From NCBI GenBank assembly GCA_002189035.1, contig NEEC01000015.1, positions 186,001 through 250,000 on the forward strand: a DNA stretch of 64,000 nucleotides, read 5' to 3'. The position numbers and the translations under genes were made by a program. Numbering within the stretch: position 1 is the stretch's first letter; the number at the start of each line of letters is the position of its first letter. The notes beneath the pieces are model-generated. The model worked only from the letters and a program-made list of their open reading frames with translations, did no database searches and was not told the DNA's origin. This DNA comes from Utricularia gibba. Taxonomy: Eukaryota; Plantae; Magnoliophyta. This document shows, piece after piece, positions 23,408-36,744 of this stretch.

Positions 23408-26346
23408 TGTTATAGATGGAGGGGGATAAGAGGAGTAAGAATGTGAGGGCGTGAGAATTAGGGTTTGTCCCGCGTCGTGCTATTTATTGGAATGAGAAAA
23501 CGGATAAAAGAATTCGAAGCCATTCGAATGGTGGAAAACGGGAAAACAAGAAGCAATTTCATTGCTTGCTTTTGGAGACAAGTTGGGAGAGATAAATGAA
23601 TGGAGATTGGTGATCCTTTTTTTTTTTTTCTTTTTTTTTTTTTGTAAGAAGGTGTTAATATGTCAGACAAACGTGTCGTTAGGTGACACATCGATTCGTG
23701 ACTCGATTCTCGAACAAAGTGTGCCGATTTTAAGGCAATGGGCCAAAACCCACGTTAAGACATTAAATTCCATCCGAAAAAGGAGAGGAAGAGAGACCAA
23801 GAAGAGGGCGATCCACACAAAAATTTGGAGAGGGAGCAAACCAACTTCCCACAAAAGCGTGATGAAATGACACAAGAATCAATGATTTTGAGATTTTATT
23901 ATAAGATGATGTGCTACAATGAAAAAATATACTCGACTTTGGACAGCATTTGACGTCCTATCCAAAACAGATATAATGAACTTGCAAGAACAAGTCATAA
24001 ACTCGACAAACGAAACCCTTGTCCGATAAAAATGAGATTGTGATTTTGTTATCAAAGCATAGTTGCTCATGCCTACATACTTGATAATTGTGTCCGACAT
24101 CCTTATTGGATATATATCTGCCATATATTTCGTAATATTTTAAATATGGTAATATCTCAATATATATTATTATATTCAAAAATAAATATATATTCAAAAT
24201 TATTGGTAATTCACCAATTCATATGTGACTCTTTTCGGATTTGACGTAACGCATTCTATAGGATTTCATACGTGAACATAGGTATGGAGATTTCTTTTGA
24301 AGACGACTCTTTAGAGTTGGAGGGATAACTTTATTTCTTTGTTTTGTATAAGATTTAAAGTCTGTAACACGGTGTTGATATTATAATTATTGTTTTGATC
24401 GTTTGTCACATTGATTCATTCAATTCCAGAAAAACCAATTTGCATAATATGTTGAGTGCTCTCCATTTTTTCTTCAAATTTCCATATCATTAAAAAGTTG
24501 TGTCGTTGTCTCTGCATATTAATTGATTACAACCACTTATTATACACTTACATTGATCAGACAACACTATGCATCTCTATATAAATAAGAAGAGGAAGAC
24601 CAAGATGAAAGAATTTGGACAAGATTGTCAGGCGATACAATTCAGCTGATGCAAGTGTAGCACAACACATGTTTCAGAATGATTATCTGAGCGCATAATT
24701 ACTAGAGCCCGGAGTTATCGAAGAAGTTACTTGACCAATTATTTCAGAACGTGGGTTCAGCCTCGTCCACTACCGGATCCACTTTGAACACCGACGACGA
24801 GTGCTCTGCAACCGGGTGTCGTATTCTGATAAAAAGGAAATTTAGTGTCGCTTACAATTTGTGTCCAAAGAGTTTAGTCACATGGATGGGGCCGAGGCAG
24901 AGTGGATCCAAAGGTCTGAGCGGCGTCAGAATCCGAGGAGGCCGCTGCTCCACACCTCGCATTGCCGTCAACCTGCACATAAGAAGAGACCCCTCCTCAC
25001 TCGGCTTAACTTTATTGAAATTCAAGAACCAATAGGTTATACAAGCACAATTAAAATTTAAACAACGTGAATCATATTAAAAAAGATTAGATTCAATTGA
25101 TTATTAATAATTTATAATTTTTTATATATGTAATTATTTGACTTTAAAATATCGTTTTCTTATAATAAACCTGAGGGATGCTGTCCTCCGAGGCAGAAGC
25201 AAACGGCGGCGTATTGATCTCCATCCGCAAGTCATGTGGGGGGTGGGACAATGATCATCTTACTTCAACCACATGCACTCACTACATGTTTTCTTCTTCT
25301 GAATCCGACAGTTTGGCGTGGATTTGTAAGACATTAAATGTTATTTTATATTAAATAATAAACATTTGATATTTAATATCATAAATCATGCATTCAATTA
25401 TTTAGATGAAACCCATAGTTATGTATTAGATAAATTTAATTAATTAATCTTATGATGTAAAGTACAACATTAATATGATTATTTTTTATAGTCATTTTAA
25501 TAATATGGTATATAAATTTAATTATAATAATTTTATGAAATACATCATAAATAATTCTTTTTTAAATTAAATTCTTTACAAATATACTTATGTTTTTAAA
25601 ATTTGTATAAATTTATATCATTCATATTTACTATACAAAACTAAAACTTGGAAATTACATTTTTGCAGGCCGCTGCTCCTGGATGAATGAAGACGTGGTC
25701 CAATCAGCAGCCTCCACGAGGACGTTCGGATTGATGAGTTTCGGTTACCTGGTAGAGGGGCGTACGTGTTCCCCCATTGACATTTCTGCACCCCCCCGAG
25801 TTGGCGCCAAGACTCCTCCTCCTCCTTTTTATTATATTTCATTTATTCACATAATACGTAGCGTAACCCGCACGAAATAATTTCCTCCCTCAAGTTTCAA
25901 GCACGTTTTGTTTGACTTTTGGGCCTCCCCCGAGTGCCGTAGCTCTCCCCGTTTCGGCATCGTGGGATTTGGAGCTTTCTTTTTCTTGTTTGCCGGTTTC
26001 CACTGCCCTTTTCACCCCTTTACACCGTTGACCCAGACATGGCGCTATAAATACTAAAAATATTAATTTTTTATTATACAAATAACAATTAATAATAAAC
26101 CTTGAGGTACCCAAAATTGGGCGCTGCCACCCATTAGAGAAAGGCAAGGTAAATTAAAAATAGAGGTAGGTGGAGGTGGACACGGAAAGCAAGTCGTCAG
26201 GACCTAAACCGCCTGCCTATTCCTCCTACGTATGTAACGAAAATAAAATAAAATAATAATAAAGATAGCGCCAATTATGAGGTGCTAATAGTGACACTGT
26301 GCATCCATCTCTATTATTGTAAAGCCAAGAGCGGAGAAGGAGACGT

Positions 26347-26366
26347 GGATGGATGGATGGATGGAT
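26347..26366 (+). repeat. (GGAT)5 microsatellite
   Basis: GGATGGATGGATGGATGGAT read directly. Confidence 0.8.
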
Positions 26367-29283
26367 GTCCGAGCAGTATTCTACTTCCGGGGGCTTATCT
26401 CCACCAAATCCTCTGGCTTCGGAATATTGAATGAAATTTCAGAGTAATATTATTCAGGAAGAGAAGGTCTGGGGTGGGGATGATGATGATGATATGAGGG
26501 AATAATAATAACAAGAGGGAGGATTGAGGAATGAATCTAATCTGCATTGCATTGCGTTGCATTGGTGTGTAGGTGTAGTGCCTGCCCATCATCACGACTA
26601 CTTCTACTTTGAAAGTTAGGCGGCTGGCTGGGTGTGAAGTGTGAACCAACTACTGGTTCCCTGGAGAGGACCACGCTTCCGGAATTCTCCAATGGGGTGC
26701 GCCGCTTTCCCTCCGAACGCGTCCCGTCGCCGCCGCCGCCGCCGCGTCAGGGGAGGACGCGGGCCCCACTCCACTGTCTCTATTCCAATCCGCTGCTCAT
26801 CGCACGCAACTCAGGAAGATCAAAGTCATAACAACAATTACTTTTTTCATTAAATTGAGTTATTTATATGTGAGTATATAATTATACTCTTTTTTTTTTT
26901 TTTATAGATGACTACAAATTCAAAGTCTATTTTTTAAATAATTGCAATTGTAGCAATAGAATAAATTCATTTCAATTTATAATGTCTTAGTATAATAATT
27001 TTAATATAAATATATCTCAATTAAAATGTGATTCCTAAGAATATGAGCAAATATATCATTTATTTATAAAAATTTTTTTTTACTCTACAAACATGAATAA
27101 ATTCTATGATTTCAATCATATATTAATTCTTGCTTTATTAAAATTTTTAATTTTGATAAAATCAATTATAGAGTGGTTTTTACTTTAAAATATACATCAA
27201 TTCTCATTTACTCTAATTTATATATTCCAATATACTGTTGGGATGTAAAAAGTCGTGGTGGGGATCGAATATAGTTAGGTGTACCATTTGAAATCATTTT
27301 ATTTTATGATTGGGTTTGTCTCATAAAATAATGTTTTTTATGACATCTGGTGGGCTCAAGAGTATTACTATCAAACTCAACTAAACTAAAATACAGATCT
27401 AATCCTTGGTCTAAGCCAAGTAATTATAAATTTTCTGAAATCGTTTAAAAGTATGATATCATACTAACCTGACTACAACTTTTTTCATAAAGGATATTGA
27501 AATTAAAAGAGTTATAAAAACCATTTCATATATTGTACTCTGCATTATTTGAAACTCAAAAAATATCAAATAGTTCGAATAAATTACAATTTATGAGCTA
27601 TCAATAATAATGAATAATGGTTTTTACCGATATGAATGAACAATTAATATTAAACTTAGATATTTCTAGTTATTTGAACGTTAAAAATACGGGATTCTTT
27701 TTAATATGGAGGAATGTTGGGGGGTGCGCATGTGAAAAATGGGATTCGTAGATAAGGCATTTAGGCGGTGAATGTTTGAAAGTCAAGAAACTCCTTTAGA
27801 TGGATCCATAAGCACGCCATGTTGAACAGGGGCGTTCCCGGGTGCCATCCAGATCAGCAAACTCATGCTTTACCGACATCAAAATTCATAATTATTTTCT
27901 TTTTTTTAGTTTAAATAATACATGTGGAGATCCTATTTTCCTTAATTTTCTTATTTTAATCAATAAAAAAGTATTTTTAATTGTAAAATATGAAGCCTGT
28001 TACTTTTTATCACATCGAGTTGGGTTAAACCAGGCAGACGCTCTTTTTTTTTTTTTTTTTTTTTTTTGTTGGAAGTTACGAAAGGGAAAATGTTTTTACG
28101 AATTAGGGACAAAAAATGAAGCACGCGCTGTGATTCGGATAAAAGGGTTGGTTCTGTAAGATGACGCCCGAGCGCGGAAGACCCGAGCTTTGGGTTGGAT
28201 TTGCGGAGAGGTTTTTCTTTGCAGGAGGGGAACTCGAGTTATCTGTCTATCTGCGCCCCTCCTCTCTCTCTCTATCTCTCTTTCTCTTACTTGAGGAGAA
28301 TAAACACTGGGGAACAGGGGGAAAGGGAAAGGAGAGCAAGATAAAGGAATACGGAAAAGTTCTAGATTTTCCGCTCGCTTGTAGATAGATTAGATGCCTG
28401 TGAAGGAGCAGAGGAGGGGGTATTTTGATAGTTCCGATCAGAATTCTTATTCTGTTCCATATTGGACACGTTCGTGAGTTCCCTTTCTCGGATGCAAATT
28501 TCCTTATTTTGGACTCTTGTGTCTCCTTATTTCTGTTTACAAGAACGAATTTGCGTGACCCTTTTTGTCTTGAAATCTGTTGACGGCTGATTAGTTTGAT
28601 GGGTCTGAGGATTTCGGCGAGATGGGTGTTAGTTGATCTGGATTAGGGTGATCTGATGCTGATTTTCTTGTTTCTAATCAGTTTGATTGGCCAAGGGTTT
28701 GATTTTACGGTTTCTTTCTCGGTTGTTGAATCTGGGCATGTCCTTTTCCTGAAAAATCGTAGATTCTAGTTGATGATTAGAGGTTTTTGAATCTGGGGCT
28801 TTCTGCTTTGTAATTGTAATTTTGGCTTTTGATTAACCAGATTTAAGAAAGATCAATCAGCTCGGTGATGTTTATGAATCTGAGGCTTCCTTCCTGTATG
28901 ATGTTTTTCCCAGTCGGCTTACCTTTCGAATGTGTTGTTCCTGTTTTGCTTTACAGATATTGTCTTTTTACTTTGTAAAGCATTGACCAAGATCGGGATT
29001 GTTTGTGTTTTTGGGTGTTGACCAGTGTGCTGTATTAGTTTCCCTGTATCAATTGTGCACCGTTATTCAGCTGCCGGAATTTTTTCTTTTCTGTAAAACT
29101 TCCGTGTCGTGTAGGCCAGAACTCTGATATGGTGTTTTTTTTGCGTACGCTTTGAGCTGCTGAGAATCTGCAAGTTTAGGAATTTCAAAATCATTTCTTT
29201 TCTGCTCTTGCAGTTGGACTTCTCTCTGTGGAAGCCGTCTCTGCAACCATTGATTAAACACTTTCGTTTCTGCTGAGCAAGAC

Positions 29284-30584
29284 ATGCTGGAAGAAAGGCC
29301 TTGTTTCATTACAGTAGACTACAACAGGACCTGCGAACGCGAAGACAGTTGGCGGATGAATTTCCTGCCAGTAAAAGTCGAAGCTCATCCGAGCAAGCGA
29401 CCTTTGGAAACGGATGGAAATGAGGATGACGTGAGGAAGGTCCCCAAGCATTCTGGTAACGGGCTTTTGCTCATTGATTCTGATCCCCATGAAGAATCTG
29501 ATAGCCAAAGGCATGCCAGCGACAGCTCCGATTCAAGTTCATTAATCGCTGCCATTGGAAGAGACATATCCATCAGTTGCATCATTCGCTGTTCTAGAGC
29601 TAATTATGGGGTGATTGCATCACTGAACCGGAGCTTCAGGGATCTCATCCGAAGTGGTGAGCTCTACAGGGCTAGACGCCAGAACGGAATGGTGGAGCAT
29701 TGGGTTTATTTTTCATGCCAGCTACTCGAGTGGGAAGCTTTCGATCCCATTCACCGGCGTTGGATGAGTGTACCTCCGATGGATTTCAACAATTGCTTCG
29801 TGTTCGCAGACAAAGAATCCTTAGCTGTCGGGACTGATCTTCTTGTTTTTGGAAAGGATCTGATGTCCCATGTGATCTACCGGTATAGTTTGTTGACAAA
29901 TACGTGGATGAACGGAGTATCCATGAACCAGCCGCGATGTCTGTTCGGGTCCGCAAGCCTGGGCGAGATTGCAATCCTCGCAGGTGGCTGTGATTCAAAC
30001 GGAAACATTCTGAGCTCTGCAGAGCTGTACAATTCAGAAGAAGGCACTTGGACTGCTCTTCCAAGCATGAACAAGCCAAGAAAGATGTGCTCGGGAGTAT
30101 TCATGGATGGAAAATTCTACGTCATCGGTGGGATTGGAGGAAAGGACTCGAAGCTTCTTCACTGTGGAGAAGAGTACGACTTGGAGTCTCGAACATGGCG
30201 AGAACTCCCCAACATGTCTCCGGTTCGGGTCGCGGGAAACGATGCAGCTGCCACCTCTGAAGCTCCTCCCCTGATAGCTGTTGTAGATAATCAACTATAC
30301 GCGGCAGATTACGCCGCAATGGAGGTCAAGAAGTACATGAAGGAACAGGGCGTTTGGATCTCCGTTGGACACCTCCCGGAAAGAGCAGACTCAATGAACG
30401 GCTGGGGCCTAGCCTTCAGAGCATGTGGTCATCGTCTTATAGTCATCGGGGGCCTCGAAACACCGCAGAAGGTTACATCGAAGTGAACTCATGGGTTCCC
30501 GGAGACGGCCCTCCGGCGTGGGAGCTGCTCGGCAGGAAGAGCTCCGGCAGCTTCGTTTACAACTGCGCTGTGATGGGGTGCTGA
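29284..30584 (+). CDS. SKIP11: F-box/kelch-repeat protein, SKIP11-type; apparent 1-nt frameshift at 30448-30452
   Basis: F-box-like segment (AIGRDISISCIIRCSRANYGVIASLNRSFRDLIRSGELYRARR) and kelch repeats (MNQPRCLFGSAS, MNKPRKMCSGVFMDGKFYVIGG). The canonical end (GPRNTAEGYIEVNSW...SFVYNCAVMGC*) is in the next frame. A long 5' UTR with a probable intron lies upstream (~28300-29280). The symbol reflects the clade, not proven orthology. Confidence 0.9.
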
Positions 30585-31841
30585 ATCCACTGCCGGATGA
30601 GATGGTGATCCATGGCCCCTCCTAATGTAACCTTTCTAGAACACTTACGCATTCGTCATCCACACACACGTGAAAAAAAAAAGGAAAAAAAAAAAAAGCG
30701 TTCAATGGCTTCTCCCTTTCAATAATTTTCCACTCTTTCTTGTCAATGCTATTTTGTCTGTGCTCTGTAAACAAGTATGCGGCAAAAGGTAAAATCATTA
30801 TTTTAAATCATTAAAAAAACGGAACTGTTTATATAAATATTTCATAATTTTTAAAAATAGATGGTATATAAAATTAGTAAAAGAGAGGAGGGTGGAACTG
30901 GAGGGGGAAACAACAAAAAGAGAAAGGGGGGTGATTGAAGAATACGAATTCCTAGGGGATAAAAGTGGAAGGGGGGAAAAAAGGTCAAAAGTGGGTTGGG
31001 GGGGGCACGTGCCGGTAATGAATGAATGGAACCAAAGGTTCACTGTTGGTTGATCGCAACCGCACACACCTACCCATCACACTCATCCTGCCCGTCCATT
31101 TATTGCATATTCCTCTACCGCCTATCCGTAGCAATGAGAGCCTACTCCAAAATAATAAATAGTATTTCAAGACACCAAAATAGATAGATAGATATAAAAA
31201 AGAAACCAAAAGTATTATTACAAACTTTGTATTGACCGGATAGGACAGTGTGGCGGCCCGCTGTCCACGACCCCAACCCCTCCCCTCACTTTTATTTTTC
31301 ATTTTTAAAGAAACACTTGTCCGGACAAAAATCATGCTGATTTGGAGAACACGACTATATTATTAAATTATTATTATTCTATAAGTATGGTGATTATCGG
31401 GATTTATTAGAAATGTGGTCATACTCTCTTGATTGTGTAAGAAAAATGACCAATCATGGTGTAAAATTTTTAACTCACCAAGTTAGTGTATAGATATCCA
31501 CTTTTATAAATGAGCTAATTATGAAAACTTGTGTGGGATAAAAAATAATCCCATAATGTGGTTTTGAATCCTTCCCTCTACGAATTCTATATTGTTAGTT
31601 TTTTTTTTCTAAAATTAATTTTCGAAAATTACTTGCAACAAAATATAATTTATTAAAAATAAGAGGCAATTCTAAAAAATATTATAATTCAACTGTTCAA
31701 TAAAAACCGGGAGGGGATGATTCGCCTCGAGAGTGCAGCCTTTTCCCCCCCTCTATATAAACCGTTCCATACCGTTCTCTCTCATCTCTCGACGTCCCCT
31801 TCCCCCATCCGAAGTTTAAAACCGCATTTGTCTGTTCTTCA

Positions 31842-32291
31842 ATGGCGGAGCTTCACCAAAAGCGCCTCCGTGACGAGGCATCGACTGAGGACTCAACCTC
31901 CTCTCCGAAGCGCCAGAAGCCGCCGTACGAATCGATACTGGACCTACTAGACGGCGAGCATGAGGACGACGGAGATCCAGGCGTGGATCTTTCCGCGATC
32001 CTAACGAGCTTCCAGCAAGAACTGGAATCTCCGTCGTCCATCACCGCCGAGATTCCTCAGATTCGCGGCGAATCTGAGGCAGAATCGGTTATGAGGCGTC
32101 TTCTCGAAGCTTCCGATGACGAGCTAGGGATTCCGAACGGCGCAAATGATTACGTTGACGCAGTCGAGAATGACATCATCTTTAGAATTGACGAAAATGC
32201 GCTCTGGGAGCTGGAGGATGACGACAGCGATTTCTGCGCAGTGCAGCAGCAGTTTCCGGAGGAGGATATGATGCCACTTTATGAAAATTAG
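31842..32291 (+). CDS. Small acidic plant protein of unknown function (At1g26920/At1g69760-like, LLEASDDELGIP motif)
   Basis: 149-aa intronless ORF with KRLRDE...KRQK basic N-terminus, DLSAILTSFQQEL, VMRRLLEASDDELGIP and LWELEDD motifs. TATA-like TATATAA at ~31754 upstream. Confidence 0.8.
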   Translation: MAELHQKRLRDEASTEDSTSSPKRQKPPYESILDLLDGEHEDDGDPGVDLSAILTSFQQELESPSSITAEIPQIRGESEAESVMRRLLEASDDELGIPNGANDYVDAVENDIIFRIDENALWELEDDDSDFCAVQQQFPEEDMMPLYEN

Positions 32292-33220
32292 GAGTACTCT
32301 AGGGGCTGAAATGAAAAAAAAAAATACATGAAAACGATGTAGGCGAATGTTTGAACATGGGTGGTGTTCTTTTTTCTGGATTTCCCTTTTTACCCCTGTG
32401 TTTTATGTACAAACTCCCACTTTTTCCATTGGCTGCCTGCCAAGTTTTGGTACCCCTTCATGAGATTGTAAAGGGCCTTTTTATCCAATATTATTCCCAC
32501 TTTAAAAATAGCGCGCATCATTCATAATATATTTAAACTCAAAGTCACAAGAGTAAAAATGAATTTCATTTATTATAAACTAATATTTATTTAAAAAATT
32601 AAGTTTGAATTATTCATAATAGGGATTGCATTAAATTAGAACTACGATTCAACTGTTTTGAACCACGAACCACTAAAAAATTGATTTACGGTTTTTTAAA
32701 CCATTTAAAATACTTATTCGCATGGTTGTAGAATACTTACATAATAATAAAAAAAAGGGTCACGATTCCCATGGGGTTGAGTTCAAAATGGTTGGAACAT
32801 ATCTTGAAAATGTGACTCTTGCCCCCAACGTGCCTCTTCACTTTGCGGGAAAACATGATTCCAAAAGTTGCACCCAACTCGCAAGTGGCATCAACCATCT
32901 CAATATTTCAAAATATATTATATGTGTATAAAAAAAGAAAAATGGTCAAATTTGTAAATCAATATGATTCATGAATCATTTAGAAAAGTAACAATTCTAT
33001 TTTTATCTCTCATATACTATGATCAATTTTTTTTATATATGTGATAATCATTTTTTGGACCAAGCATCAGTAGGAATTACGCGTAGAATGGCTTTCCGAT
33101 GAGAAAAAGAAAAGGAGTGGAGGCGAATCCGTAGCCCGTCGCGGTCGCTGTTGCTGTTGGGAGCTTAAGAATGATGGATGTGTGTGGAAGAAGACGGATG
33201 CGTGACGAATCTGTAGACCC

Positions 33221-33237
33221 AAACCCTAACCCTAACC
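33221..33237 (+). repeat. Telo-box AAACCCTAA continued by CCCTAA telomere-like units
   Basis: AAACCCTAACCCTAACCCT read directly. Confidence 0.7.
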
Positions 33238-33704
33238 CTCTCCTCCTCTCCCGTCCCTTCCAATCTACCCCTCAAAGTATAGCTGTGATTTAAATGCTCC
33301 AATTAGTTTTGATATTTGATTGACAAAATGTTTTTTTTCCATTTAAATTATATCAAACCCCAATTTGATCTAACGGAATCCACACCTCAAATACACATGG
33401 AATATATTGTAAACCCGAACTTTGAAATATATGATTATAATCATGTGTAGACTGGAAGCATCATTTGGGCATGAAAAATTAAATATTACATACATCAAAT
33501 ACACATGGGAGTCCAGATTTGGGTGTGGGTTTCTGTTTTGGAGGTTGGTAAATAAAAATAAGTAAATGAGAATATTAATGAATGGTGTGAAGTAGTGGTA
33601 TGGAGGAGGACCCAATCCAATCCAACCCAACCCAAGGTGTAGAGAGGAGAGGAGAGGACAGCACAGCGCAAGTTGGGGAGTGCAGAATATACGGTGGTCC
33701 GGGC

Positions 33705-33735
33705 GCGGGAAATTAACTACACCCGCGGGGTCCAC
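33705..33735. promoter_or_regulatory. E2F site (GCGGGAAA = TTTCCCGC) and TCP site (GGGTCCAC = GTGGACCC) in a GC-rich island
   Basis: Exact matches to consensus motifs within 30 nt of each other, flanked by AT-rich DNA. Function is not shown. Confidence 0.45.
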
Positions 33736-34657
33736 CTGCCTCCCTTAACGGTCTCCACCTTCTTTCATTACAACGTAAAAATAAAACGTATCTCTCTATT
33801 CAAATATTTTAAGATTTTTCCCTTTTTCTCATAAAATTATTGATTTTCATTTTTCAAATAAATATAAATTAATATACAACTAATGTAGCTTTGTCACGTT
33901 GCAAATACTTCGTATGTGAATAAGATAAAATATATTTGGTTTGCTTATATTTAAAAAAAATTGATGTGCGGTGATTAAACTTTAGATGATAATTAACTTG
34001 TGAGATTAGAATTAGTATTAAGTAAAATAAACAAGGCATGATTTTATACAAGTGTGTGTACATGAGATTAAAAAAACCTACTAATTACAATTCATTTAAT
34101 CAATGAAATAATCATCCTATCATTTTTTAATCATATGCTTAAATCAATTTAGTAATATCAAACAAACACTACATTATGAAATATTTGATAGATAGTTTTA
34201 AATTCAATTAAAAATTTCATTTATATTAAATTCTACGTGTTTATCTTATATATTTAAATTCATTTATTAATTATATTTTGAATTTAAATACATAAATTAA
34301 TTTTAAACAAATTAGGAAACGCACCTTTATATATCCAAAAAGTTAGTTCCAAGGATTTGTTTTCCTGAACCAAACTTATCAAGACTGAGAGAAAGAAGCA
34401 CCATTAACTAGCAATTGAGTGGTGCGAGGGAAGTGATGGTTCCTCCAATTTCCTCTTTCTTACATCTCGCTTCAAGTTTCTGCTGCAGTAGTTCTAAAAA
34501 GTGTCGGGATAGATTCATGTCTGAAGATGTGCGTTGTTTCTATAGTTGATCAAAATCCACACTCCCAAGTTCAACTGAGACAACCCTGCAATCCTCCGTT
34601 GAATCTAATCTATATTTGAAAAGATCAGAGCGGTGAAACAGAGATGGGGCTTACCGC

Positions 34658-36480
34658 TTAGAGACCTTGAATCAGTTCTTTGATGTCATACCCTTGGAGC
34701 TACATGATAACCAAGAAGAAAATGCACAATCTTGTTACGGATTGAAAAGGGGGAAAAAAAAAGCTTGTGTTGGGGAAGCAGTTACCTGGAGAAAAGTGAG
34801 CAGCAAGATGACTCCCGAGTTCCAAAAGGCGTGAATCGTTATCGGAGTCAAAAGATTACGCGTCTGAGCATACGAGAACCCCAGAGCAGTTCCTAATAGT
34901 TATGTGAATTCAGCATACAACAAGTCCCAGGATAAAGAAGAAACCGTGTTTGCTCACAGGTTTGGTTTCTACATCTGTTTCTTTGTTCTAATGTTTTTCT
35001 TTAGAACTGAAAGAAAATATCTTCTAGTAATAAGTAGGGTCGGTAGAAGCATACCGAGGGCGAATAGCTGTGGGAATTCTCCGGGAGTGAGATGAGCACC
35101 AGCAAATACAGCCGCACTGATCAGCACTGAAACAGGGGTTGGTAGCCTGCTCACACGAGTAGAAAGAAGTGAATGAAACCATCTAAAAAGGATACCCTGT
35201 TTCCCGTCTTTTCAAGATAGAATTGATCCTGAAAGGGATGTACCATTTCGTGAGAGACACCAAGAAGAACCCCCGAAAGACAGTTTCCTCAAGAATAGGA
35301 GCAAGTACACCAGTGATTCCAACCAAGCAACCCGTACTATGCATCATTAGCATTGGATGTGAGGGAACTTACAAAATGAGTATCTAAGTTTGAAAAGTAA
35401 GCCATTCATTACCTGATGGTTGAAGCGCCAATCAAGGGAAGCAATTTCACAAGAGCATCCGTCTGTTTAGACGAAAAAACATCGTCCTCAAGCCAGGGAA
35501 GTTTCAGAGCAGAATGGAAATTAATCAGAAAAAATTAGGCTCATTCTGACCTCTCTCTGTGGCGGCTCACCATTGAGAAATGATACTGCTGCTCCTGTCA
35601 AGGCAACAGACGCTATACCCCCCGCAAGGCCGATTGCAGCCCATAACAACCAACCTTGCTTGAGATCAAAGGGCTCCTTCCAATCTGGAGAAACTGAGGA
35701 TAAGTATCTGCCAGCAAAAGCAGTGACACAAACTTGAGCAAGTTACCGTAACGATATATGTCATCTGGAAGAGGAGAGAGCGACTTTGTCAGACTAAGAA
35801 GGACTGCAAGAACCACCGTCGTAGCGATCCTACAAAAAAATGTAAAAGCACAAGGAATTCTGAGTTCAGAGAGAAAGGTACACTCGTAAACTGATAGATG
35901 ACTGAAATAATGAATAATACGCTTGGTCTAGGAACAGAATCTCAGCCTTCTGATCCAAGCTTAACGCTTCAATATTCAACCCCGAATACTCTAATGCTAC
36001 TGCCTCAATTATTCCTGTCAAAGCAAAACTGTCTGGAAGACCAATTAGCCCCTTGTTCATCTTCATATCATTCGCATTAAAAATTAACATTAAAATTCAC
36101 CTCAATCCACATGCTAGTGAGGTCAACGATATAGTTTGCCAGTTCCATGGAACGTCCCACCTTTTCACTATTCGCCAATTTAGCCCGCTATCCTATTAAA
36201 GATCAAACATTGGGTGCGATCGCTGGCTACCGCAAAAAAAAAAAAAAAAAGTATGAAGCAAAGGATTTACTTTCTGGACAGGATCCTCGGAATCACCGTT
36301 CTTGAAACAGCATATGCTCCTCCTGCAACCTCTTTCGACGCTTGTCCGAAGCTTGAGCGAAAACACGCAATCTTTGGGCAACTGAAACTGGGTTTTTAGA
36401 GATGGGAGACGTTTCGCCGCGAGAGAAGCGGAGGAGACGATGGAAGATGACCGACAGAAGGTATACAGAGATAAAGCCAT
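34658..36480 (-). CDS. CAAX amino-terminal protease (Abi/CPBP) family protein with probable chloroplast transit peptide
   Basis: Ser/Arg-rich N-terminus, then exons encoding KRWDVPWNWQTISLTSLACGLS, DWKEPFDLKQGWLLWAAIG, APILEETVFRGFFMVSLTKW, ISAAVFAGAHLTPGEFPQLFALG, GTALGFSYAQTRNLLTPITIHAFWNSGVILLLTFLQ|LQGYDIKELIQGL*. Contains the EExxFR, FxxxH and HxxxN motifs. Confidence 0.9.
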
Positions 36481-36744
36481 CAGTTACTGAATCTCACTGG
36501 AGTCGAATAGATAGCATTTATATGGCCGGGGAATCCTGGAAGATAAGGTGAGATGTGATTTTCTATCTTCTTTCTGCTCGCTGCCGGGGTCAATCCGTAA
36601 ATTGAATATTTTTCCAGGGCGAAAGTGAAAATTACACCGGAAAAATTTTCTTTTTCCTTTTAGGCCCACTTAAATAAAAACGTTGCGAAAATGCAACTTG
36701 TTTAGATAGTAGTTTTGAGAATGGAATGGAAGAGGGCCACGCGC

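Noticed and set aside
27240-27280. tRNA T-arm-like TTCGATCCCCACC on the minus strand
   Set aside because: No acceptor, D or anticodon arms can be built around it.
33160-33300. Plant telomerase RNA, suggested by AAACCCTAACCCT…AACCCTCTC resembling a template region
   Set aside because: No USE/TATA type-3 promoter upstream, and no room for the downstream pseudoknot and stem elements I would expect; a telo-box or microsatellite is the simpler explanation.
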